Shown piece by piece: positions 53,768-64,000 of a stretch of DNA of 64,000 nucleotides. The notes beneath the pieces are model-generated. The model saw only the letters and a program-made list of their open reading frames with translations, was not told where the DNA came from and ran no database searches. The translations under genes and the position numbers were made by a program. Source of the stretch: Octopus sinensis (lineage: Eukaryota); NCBI RefSeq assembly GCF_006345805.1, contig NC_043005.1, forward strand, positions 39,432,001 through 39,496,000, given 5' to 3'. Positions within the stretch are counted from its first letter, which is position 1, and each line of letters begins with the position of its first letter.

Positions 53768-53875
53768 GTACAGACTGATGAATAGGCAACTACGACGAAA
53801 CCTTGATGTTATTTCAAGTGTTCTTTCAGTTAGTTAACTTTCGTCATGTTGTCTGACGAATGTTAGAAACCAAAA
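53768..53875 (+). ncRNA. Two tandem hammerhead-like cores (degenerate)
   Basis: CTGATGA(53775)-aTAG-GCAA-CTAc-gac-GAAAC-CTTGA-tgttatt-TCAAG; second core CTGACGA(53853)-atgtta-GAAAC. Confidence 0.35.
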
Positions 53876-53877
53876 GT

Positions 53878-53911
<34 letters not shown>

Positions 53912-55449
53912 GGTAATGCCATTCAATAGCGATTTGATTACTATTTCTAGAACCTTTTTTGATAGCATAGAAGCAAGAAAAGACAAATGTATGCCTTCTT
54001 ATCCAGTTCTCTTTCATGCAGTATATTATGTCATATTATCAACAAAAGCCTTCTCATTTGCTATTGTGATGGCTACTGTTGCTACTATTTCTGGTCATTT
54101 TTGTTGTTGACGCTGTAAAGGAACGCTTACATAAGTTTTGAAGAACCTCGCAGTAGGACTGGACGCTTTATACTTTTGATGTTTTGCGCGTATATATTAT
54201 TTCTCTTCGTGTTATCAGTTTGTGTTCATTCTCTTCCAAACAGACGAAACGTAAACACGAATTTTCTTCACTTACTTCAAGCATCACAAAGACACAAACA
54301 GGATGTGTAGAGAAAGAACTACTTTTTCTTCCCTAATATTTTCCTTAGTTATATTCATTTACATTTACATACATGTACATACGAACATATGGTTTTCTTG
54401 ACATCATCACCATATGCTGCAACCAAATTTTATCATATATTAAATTATACGTTATCTCCTTATTTAGTTATATCCGAAATTTCTTTCTAGCCTTTGTATA
54501 TCTATATATTTACATTTTGCTTTAACGGTATAAGTAAACTAAGGTTAAAACTTACTACTTCAATTTATATTCCACCCGTAATCTTTTAATAGGTATTCGT
54601 TTTAACAGTTCACTTTTTCTTACCCTTTAAGATGACAATCAAAATATCTTTTATTGGCCATCCTTGTCCCCACTTCTCTTTCTCTTATATCACCACTCCC
54701 CCATCAGACATTCTCGTTTACCACCTCATGACCGATCCTTTTTGTGTTGATATAGCCGGATGTAAAGTTCCATTTTCTCAGACAGTAATGATGATACTAA
54801 TTAACTTATAACTTCCTAAGCATCTAATTTTAGATGTTTTGAGACGTCATTCTCTCTATTCTCTTCGATATGTATATAACGCGGTTACTACTCTCATTCA
54901 TCGCCCCCCCCTCACTCTAGCCTATGCTAATTACCTGCTTGTCTGTCGCCGTACTGTCCTTTTTTCCATTCTGTCAAAATATTTAGCAGCGGAATCATTG
55001 TAAATATTTGCTATATTGATGCCATGAATATGCTTAAATATGTTTAAATAGCTAACTTGTCCTTTATGTTTGAGGTCTCTGCGGTCATCGGATGTGAACG
55101 GCTTTCTTTGTAATGATGTAATGCTTCCATTGATCAATTTGAGGAGTCGCTCGAAACGGACGTAATGAATTGACACTTACACATCTGTGTTACTCATTTA
55201 TATTTTACCCACCTAGCCTGGAATCTGAACTTTGGAATTATTTGGAATATATAAAGTACATGCTTGAACAAACAAGAGCGGATTTATTCACTAAGTTGGA
55301 TAGTGTCATTTGCATACACGACGAACAATTTCAACAATAAGTATGAAGTTAAAGCAATAATGTACGTCAGATGGTATACCAAACTTGTAAGCCGAACCAC
55401 GTATCAGATATGCACAAAAGCTCATAAATAGTTACGATTTGACACTGGC

Positions 55450-56280
55450 ATGATCAGGTGAACAGTGATCCACCAATGAATACAGTGGAAAATTAATACT
55501 GTTCACGTGCATAGGTCAAAGGTCATGTTCACAGTTCACCTCTTATTGGCAGACTGTTGACATATTGTCATTAAGGAAGAGGGTGGTGGAAAGGAGGGGC
55601 ATTATGATCGTCGGCGATAATAGGGGAGGGGAAGTGGATAAACACTAGGGACGTGGTAAAAGCAGTCATTCACACCAAATAAGAGGCTGAAGTGTGAGGG
55701 ACATCAATAACGGGGGTGGGGTTAGTAGACACTAATGTACACATATCAAAAAAGAGGGTGCGCATTAATAGTTTTCATACCCAAATGTCAAAGGCTATGT
55801 TCACAGTTCACCCTGTGTTATCACACCATGAGCGGAAGGAAATTAAAGAAAATTTGTGCTGGAGTGGTGAAGGTGGGGACATAATGACCATAGGCAATTA
55901 TGGGGTGGGGTTAAGTAAACACTAATGTACACATATGAAATCAGCGAGACAAAACTGCCCCACAATACTCGACGCGTGAGTAAACGGCAGAAGTCGTAAG
56001 CAAAAAACTAAGTTTAATCCAGTAAATAACAAATTTAATGCGAATAAACTTGACAAAACATTAGTTCAAAGCAGTCAAATTAGCATGGATAATATTCTTG
56101 TCAAATTTGGAGCGAATCGGGTTTTGGTTACACGCAGGAGGTCTGGAAAATATAAAGTAGGTCATGACCACCCTTGGAGCATAAGCTATCCGTGTGTCAA
56201 GTTTGAGCGAAATCGATTGAAAAATGTGGAAATGCATAACGTGCATACTCACACAGACGACTATTTTAATATATAGATAT
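55450..56280. mobile_element. Possible Helentron/HINE-like non-autonomous element with internal diverged repeats
   Basis: Duplicated GTCAAAGG..ATGTTCACAGTTCACC (about 55515 and 55786) and GGGGTGGGGTTA.GTA.ACACTAATGTACACATAT (about 55712 and 55902); AAGTTTGAGCGAAATCGATTGA motif and a TTTTAATATATAGAT end; classification is inference. Confidence 0.4.
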
Positions 56281-56311
56281 ATATACATACATATATACAT
56301 ATACACATATA

Positions 56312-56477
56312 CATGGTTGTGTGTTTAAAATACTTGATTTCAGAGTTCGTTTTCATTGTTATGCAGTTCCATTTTTAAAAATGCTTTATATCACACTCTC
56401 TAGCTGACTAAAACATTATTCATGAAATTTGTTAGAAGAAAACTGTAATCTGAATATATACGGGGGTATACATATAT

Positions 56478-56511
<34 letters not shown>

Positions 56512-57160
56512 TGTGTGTGTGTCTGTGTGTGTGTGGTGTGTGTGTGTGCGTGTATATATACATACATATATATATATGTATATATATATACACGCATACA
56601 TATATATATATATATATACATAAGATACATATATAGGGTAGCGAATATTCGTTAGAAATATCACCACTAGTGGCCTAACATGTATAAATAATCAATAGAC
56701 AACATATTCTTATTTTAAAATAGTGTACATTTAAATACAAGAGAAAACTACCCTTTGACAGGTAATTTCTACATGCTAGAAGAAGCAGCGAAAACGGCCA
56801 AAACCACAATTTAATAGCAATTTTCGAAGGAAATGAAAATTTTGAACATATTTTAATATATATAATGATAAATATCAGAATGAGTTATCAACAGTAGCAG
56901 AAACACATCGTGATGTAAATATGCCATTTGAATATGGCTAACCCCTAAGGGGTTATATATAATTACATATATACATACTTATATCATATGTATGTATGCA
57001 CCTGTATATATTCAGAGTACAGTTTTCTTCTAACAAATTTCATGAACAATGTTTTGATCAACTAGAGCGTGTGATTGAAAGCATTTGCAAAAAAGGAACT
57101 ACATAACAATGAGAACGAACTCTGAAATCAAACATCTTAAGCACTCAACCACACCTGCGC
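56312..57160. repeat. Long inverted repeat, ~165-bp arms (56312-56478 and 56985-57155)
   Basis: For example TTCATGAAATTTGTTAGAAGAAAACTGTA.TCTGAATATATAC and TTGATTTCAGAGTTCGTT.TCATTGTTATG.AGTTCC match in reverse complement; roughly 85% identity by eye. Confidence 0.9.
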
Positions 57161-57669
57161 CTGTAAAGTTAGAATAAAATCTTGTCTCTGTAAGTGTCAC
57201 TGATTGTGAGTCGTAATACATATAAGAATGTTTTATTTTGTATACAATTTACCGCCAAAATATATTTCCTGAATCAAAATCTACAGAGTTTATTCATCTA
57301 TCTAACATTTATATTTCAATCGATATCTATCAACATTATCTTTTTCATCAATTTGTATTGATTATATCTATCTTTTCTACATCGACATTTTATAGTTATC
57401 AAGCTGTATATTTCCAATCCACGTCTATGGCCTGAATCTGTTTAGTTTTAATAATACACAATCGGAATATAAGCGATATAGAAGATAAGAAAGCTACTGT
57501 CCTTACTTTGAAATTAAAAATTCCAAGTTCGTACCAACTCGATTGTATGCATGTATTTCGAAATAAAATGCCTGATGACCAGACTGAATCACAAAGTTGT
57601 TTAAATATGGTGAATATATTAGAGACGAGGCTAATGTTTCAAAATGTGTGTGTGTGTGTGTGTGTGTGT

Positions 57670-57885
57670 GTGGCCGGGTGTATTTGCCTCCACCACCGCT
57701 TCACTTCTGGTGTTGTTTTGTTTACGTCTCCATAATCTAGATGGGCCCCGAAAGAGAACAGTAGAAAGAGACTAGATTGAAAATATAAGTACTGATGGGT
57801 GGGGATGATCTGTTCCATTAACCTCTTCAAGGCGATGCACAGCATGACCGCGGTCTAATAACTGAAACATGTAAAAAGATAAAGA
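57670..57885 (+). mobile_element. Diverged SINE family A 3' half
   Basis: CCACCACCGCTT...GTTTACGTC...AGCATGACCGCGGTCTAATAACTGAAACATGTAAAAAGATAAAGA. Confidence 0.55.
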
Positions 57886-58806
57886 TCTACTTGGTGTGTA
57901 TAATAACGATACGTTATTTGGAGTTAACCGAATTGTAACATTCTACTAAACTCGGCTCGTTAAGTATCTTAAAAGATGAACGTCATGAGAAAATACTTAG
58001 AGAGATTCACACGTAGCGCAATCTCTATATTATCTGAGTTGCTTTAGAACTAACCAACTACAAAGTAACTGTTTTTATTGCATATTATTTGAGAGAAGTT
58101 ATCGGCAGAAATATCAACAATGAGCAGGAGAAATAAACAGGAGATATTTAAATAAAGAAATAGGACAAGAATAGTATCGATTCTGTTAGAATATGAAAAT
58201 TGTATCAGTTATAGACATTAGGCAATTTAGTAAAATATTCTTTTAAAGTATCAGCTAATCTGAGTCAGTTTGTTATATAAATAACATTTTTCTATCTGTA
58301 GCCATTTGAAGGCTGTTTAGTGAGGTGAAAATATTTATCCGTGATTTCATTTCACTCCAATGGGCTTAGAAGCATTTCTATACAGAATGAATATAACACA
58401 TATCTGAACAAATAAACGAATAAATAAAAAAATACCCACATACAAACAGATGTATATATACACACACATACATACTTACATACATGCATATACATACATA
58501 CATACATACATACATACATGTACAAACAGAGAATCCGTTACCACCGATAGCTTGAAGAATTGGAAATTTTTTTTTAGGAATATTACTTTTGATTGCAGCA
58601 AATCTTTCTGGAAACAAATACGAAACTAACAAAGCGAAATTAAAACAAAAGAAAATATGGCGGCCATAAATAATATTGACAAAGAAATGAAAATACTCAC
58701 TTTTTGTATGTACACAGACACACATACACATTCACACACATTCACGCACATCACATGCACACACACATACATACATAATACATTATATATATATATACAT
58801 ACATAC

Positions 58807-58879
<73 letters not shown>

Positions 58880-60463
58880 AATATATATATATAATATATA
58901 TATATATATACACATATATACATATATATTTATATATATAATATATAAAATCAATTCTGTAATAAACCATCTAGCCTTTAATAAAAGAAATTCTTGATTG
59001 CACACATATTGTTTAAACATATTCAATGTTGTTTAAAACGAAACAAATATTTCCTCCAACATATATTTTATCTCCAGCTTCATTCCAAGAAAGAACTTTA
59101 CAACACAATTTATGTTATCTCCGTTTTTGTCAATCGGTTTCTTGAGCATGTTGTTCTGTTGATTTGATTGCTTTTTGTACTTTTCATTATCATTTTTAAT
59201 TATAATTTCTTTATATTTTACTGTACCTATTTGTTTCTTTGCTACTCTTTCTCTTTTTATCCTATTCTTATTCCTTCTGTTCCTCTTCTTTTCCTCATTT
59301 TTCTTCCTCCTTCTCCATGAATTCTACTCCTTTTTTCCGCTTCGTGCTCATTTTCTTCTTTTCTTCCTACTTTTTTCCTCATCATAGCATTTTTCTTTTT
59401 CCCTTTATCCCTCTCCTTCCTCCTACTTTCTCCTTCTTCCCCCTTCTTTTCTTTCTTTTTCTCCCCCATATTTTCATTTTCAGCATCATCATATTCTTCC
59501 TATTTCTTTTATTCTTTTTCATCAGCATCGTATATTTCTTCCCATTTCGTTTCCTCTCCTCCTCCTTCTTGTCCTTCTTCTTCTTCTTCTTCTTCTTCTT
59601 CTTCTTCTTCTTCTTCTTCTTCTTCTTCTTCTTCTTCTTCTTCTTCTTCTTCTTCTTCTTCTTCTTCTTCTTCTTCTTCTTCCCTTTCGTTCTCTTCCAC
59701 TTCTCTTTCTTCCTTTTCTATTCTCTTTCTTCCCAGTCTGTTTCATTCGCCACATTCTGTTCAGTTTTATTCCTTCCTGTGTGTGTTTCTGTGTATCAAC
59801 AGATTTAATACGGTTATTCTTTAATCATGTAAACGGCACTGCGGAAAGCAGATTATACGCGAATACGACAAGTAAACTGTAGAAATTGAATACATATACA
59901 GCTGCGATGTTACAGAGCGAAAAATTACTGAACACTGCTTTCTATGTTTACTGTAATGGAGCAGAAGTAAAGCAATGGTCTACTGTTTAACGACTGTGAG
60001 AATTATCGACTTTTATCTAATTTGATGTCGGTCCTACAGATAGGAAATAACCGAAGCGGCTTCCTGAATATTTCACACACATATTGGAAATATGGTTTGG
60101 AAGATTCATTAAACAACTATTGAGAATGGACCATAATCATTAGGTGGCTAGGTTGGACTCCTGATAGGAAGTTAGATTATAATGCTGAACAAGGAAAATA
60201 AATAGGAGTAGCTGTCCAGGGGGATTTCTTGAGATTCTCAATTAATACTTCTATATAAAGAGCAGCAGTGTATTTTTATATATAATATATATATATATAT
60301 AATATATATCATACATGCATGAATGGGTATAGATATATATGTATATCTGTATAATATATTATATATATATATATATTATATATATATATATATATCTATA
60401 TATATATATATATATTATATATATATACATACATGCATGAATGGGTATAGATATATATACGTA

Positions 60464-60504
<41 letters not shown>

Positions 60505-61802
60505 TTATATATTATTACGTGCATATATGCATGTATATGTTATACGTATATATACGTGTGTGTGTGCGCGCGTGTGTACCTGTCTCAGCCAGGGCCGAGT
60601 TCTGGTTCAGTTTCACCACTACCGACAACGAAAAAGGGATCTTTCAGTTTGAAGGCCAGATTCTTTAGTTAACTAAACAATTTGAAACTTCGTATACTGG
60701 TAGAATGTGTCAAAAGAAAACATAATTGTAACCAAAATGAAAACGGATTGTAATTTCTAAGTTTAACGTTGTTTAATAATTCGAATTTTACCAATGGTAT
60801 TCTTTCTTTCGACCACATATTATTTACTGCCTCTCAAAATATTGTTACTGTGACGTAAACAGCTATTTTGTGACGTAGTTAACGTAAAATGTAAACAGAC
60901 CTACAGATTCGTTTGTAACGTAAAACATCCGCTCATCGTAAATAGCTAAATTCGCTTGGCATCGTACACAGCTTTTTCAGTTCCCTAGAATTATATTTCA
61001 AAGAAAATAAAAAGAAAAAGATTCATACGCATAAATATCCATCCTTAGACATCAGAAAATGAGTGTTTAATTATTTTCCATTGTTTGCATTGCTTACACA
61101 CACACACATACATACATACACACATACTAAAATTACATCGTTGGAGCAGTAATTTATTTATGTTTTTTGTTATACAATTTATTTTAAAGCTGAATCCTAT
61201 CCTGCCATTAACCCCTTTCTTATAAAATAGTTGAAGAATCTGGGGTGTAGGTATTGGGCCAGTATTGGAACTTTTAACTTCTTGCTCTCTATCTTATGAT
61301 CTCCGAAATTTAAGAATCTTGTGTTAACTCGGCTCTTTATTTACTCTGACTCTGCCACCACCTCAATGCAAAGACTATCAATATCAGAATCATCTTCACA
61401 ACCACCACTACAACATTACTACAACCTCGAATGCCACCACCACAACCATCTTCTGCAACCACAACCCCAAGATCAATACCAGCATCATATTCAAAATCAC
61501 CAAATTTCACCACCACTACACTCTGCAATGTCTTCAACTCTACCATCCATGAGACATCCTAACATAATCAATGCTACTACTACTATCATCATCATTATCA
61601 TCATCATCCACTGCCGCCACCACCACCACCACCTCTACAAAACACCAACGCTATAATTTCTGCAATCATACACATCCACTGTCACCACTACACCACCACT
61701 GCCATGATAACCACATCTACACCTCCAACACCATTGCCACCACTATCTATGAGACATCCTAAGTTAGAAACTACTTTCACTTTCTAGTTGCTCTTGAGTT
61801 TA

Positions 61803-62195
61803 TCTTTATATATAAAGAGAGGTTGTGTGTCTGTCTCCTACGATTTAGATTCCTAACTACTCCCACATTTTGCGGTGCAGTTTAACCAAAACGGGTAATC
61901 TTATAGTCGTGATTCATATCGAGCCCTTCTGGGTATTAGCGCGCGTCTACGATGAGTCTACGATTTAAAAAATAATTTACCATCATTTTTTTCCATTTTA
62001 ATGCATTTTTTCGATATTATATAAGGGAAGTAACTCTCTAAAAATGTCTACGATGAGTCAACGATTTAAAAAATTTACCATCATTTTTTTCCATTTTAAT
62101 GCATTTCTTTTTGCTATTTTGTGCTATAACTCTCTAAAAATGCTTATATAGTTATTTCCCTTACAAACCCGAGCAACGCCGGGCGATACTGCTAG
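61803..62195 (+). mobile_element. Non-autonomous Helitron (393 bp)
   Basis: Inserted between A and T; 5' TC(TTTATATATAAAG); 3' hairpin CCCG-A-GC-AAC-GC-CGGG, then 8 nt and terminal CTAG; internal ~100-bp tandem duplication. Confidence 0.85.
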
Positions 62196-62692
62196 TTATA
62201 TCTAATCTATCTCTCTAAAAGATGCAAAGCAAGTAGCATTAAATGTTGAATGGATGTGAGCGAAAGAGAGTAAGTCCATTCCAGTTTACAACACATTATA
62301 GAATATCTCAAACCATAAATGAAGGGTGGAGAGGAGTGAAGGAGGAGTCATGTTTCCTCTGCGGGGTTACAGAAGTAATAAGCACTGAAAAGTGGAGTTT
62401 GCGTATTATTTTTGTTCATAGTTTACAATTATTTCTACAAATTCATTTTGACTATCTTCAATCATGTTTGTTTATAAACGTGACCGCTGTGCCGTCACTA
62501 TAAACATTGATTAATGTCCTATATTTAAGCGATAGACAAACACTTCAGCATATTATTTGTTGTAGAGAGTTGCGAGGGATCATTTCTATGAACGGGGTAT
62601 CTGTACAACAGATACGATACATCATAATTGTGGAGTCGTTTAAAAACACGATGCAGATTAAGTCAACATGGAATTTTTGAACAATCATAAAT

Positions 62693-62858
62693 TGTTCTAT
62701 ATTTTAGAGATGAGGAATTCTGTATAATATTTACATTTTTTACATGGACGGATATTTGGCCTCATCTTGTTTGTTGCTACCACAAAATTTCGGTGATTAC
62801 TCTCCAGCCTTCATCAGGTGTCCTGGTAGAATTTTGAATCCAACCTAGGTTCTAAGGT
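62693..62858 (-). mobile_element. Third Penelope-like terminal repeat with hammerhead core
   Basis: rc GGACAC-CTGATGA-AGGCTGGAGAGTAATCACC-GAAA-TTTTGTGG; same downstream AACAAACAAGATG.GG.CAAA.ATCCGTC and CTCATCTCT.AAATATAGAAC as 29276-29366. Confidence 0.7.
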
Positions 62859-63285
62859 GCCAAGCAGTGTGAATGAACCCGAAACTATGTGGTGGTATGG
62901 CCGGTCCGGGAGTCACCTTTGCTTTCGCGCATTTTACGTCTTAGCCGTGGGAGACGTCTATATTGCTAAGAGTTATAAAAAGTGTGAAACAAATGGTAAC
63001 GTCCTGACTGGTCGTAAACCACAACACATTAGATATTACTACGATATATCTAAAAAAAAACATTTACTGTCTCAGTCATTCGACATATTCTATCGGTTAA
63101 TTTCGTCGAACTTCTAAGTGCGGGGATGGAAAGGAAGTCAACAAGCGGTGTCTGGGACAAGCACGAAGCTAGCCCCTCGGCCCACAAACACGTATATACG
63201 ACGGGCTTTTTCAGTTTCCATCGTCCAAATCTATTTGACCTAGTGACCAGGCAGCAAAACTTCTTGTCACACATCCACTCTTACG

Positions 63286-63344
<59 letters not shown>

Positions 63345-63689
63345 ATATATACACGTCCCCGTAGCTTAGCGTTTTGGAAAAAGAAACGATAGAATAAGTG
63401 CTAGGGTTCCAAAGAGTAAGTCCTGGGGTCGATTTCTATAACTAAAAAACTTCAAACTCTGGCTTGTTGTTCTTTCACTGTCTTCGTCGTTTTTTTCTGT
63501 AAATTTGAACTACAACACACACGCGCGCGCGCGCACGCACAACACACACACACACAACACACACACACGGCACACATACAACGCACACACATATATATAT
63601 AGGTAAAAGAGTAATGAGTGCGTGCGTTACATAAATAATATCTTCAGGATTAAATAAAAAGACAACAAACGGAAAATATGACATCTATA

Positions 63690-63935
63690 TATATATAATT
63701 AAAAATAAACGTATTGTAAATAAACAAACGAACACATACTAAATGCACAGGCGAACAGAAAAACACACAAGGTCACAAATTCTTCATCAGTTATCAGCAA
63801 GAGGAGTCAAACGCAATTTCGGGCATTATCGATACTATTGTTTCTTCGCTGTTCGCAAAAAAGTTCGTATTCCATATTTCGTATTCGTATTTCGTATTTC
63901 CTGTTGTACCTTCTGTGACGTCCTGACCCATATAT
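63690..63935. repeat. Family C pieces in opposite orientations
   Basis: Minus piece with CCCGAAA..N26..CTGATGAAG (63784-63820); plus piece ending TTCTGTGACGTCCTGACCCATATATGCA resembles 1830-1862. Confidence 0.5.
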
Positions 63936-64000
63936 GCATATGTATATACATATATATATATATGTAATATACATACACACACATACATACATATACATAC

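Noticed and set aside
58651-58712. YY1-like AATATGGCGGCC overlapping an ATG (MAAINNIDKEMKILTF) with a GTATGT donor
   Set aside because: Single short motif between microsatellites with no CpG-rich promoter context or supported downstream exon
60311-60460. 30-bp duplicated spacer within a TA microsatellite
   Set aside because: Ordinary slippage or unequal exchange; not CRISPR-like (two copies, eukaryotic context, no cas genes)

Overview
AT-rich, microsatellite-saturated eukaryotic DNA with no recognisable conserved protein-coding gene, rRNA, true tRNA or CRISPR array. The SINE families and the density of (TA)n, (CATA)n, (AGAT)n and (TAA)n look like an octopus/coleoid cephalopod genome; that is my pattern recognition, not a database result. 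Almost all long ORFs in the supplied track are translated simple repeats. The interpretable content is a transposon graveyard: (i) one ~3 kb and about nine shorter decayed R4/Dong-like non-LTR retrotransposon pieces, several sitting in (TAA)n tracts; (ii) a full-length dead DD34D mariner with TIRs and TA TSDs, a DD37D (maT-like) remnant, a mariner with two inverted 5' ends, and two TA-flanked MITEs; (iii) three tRNA-derived SINE families, one copy with a perfect 16-bp TSD; (iv) a non-autonomous Helitron; (v) Penelope-like terminal repeats carrying minimal hammerhead-ribozyme motifs, plus a separate tandem pair of hammerhead-like cores at 53.8 kb. Other notable structures are a ~165-bp-arm inverted repeat (56.3-57.2 kb), an apparent templated inverted insertion (43.9/44.55 kb) and a speculative 4-exon secreted-protein model (16.0-16.8 kb). 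Boundaries were read by eye and are approximate unless TIRs or TSDs are given.
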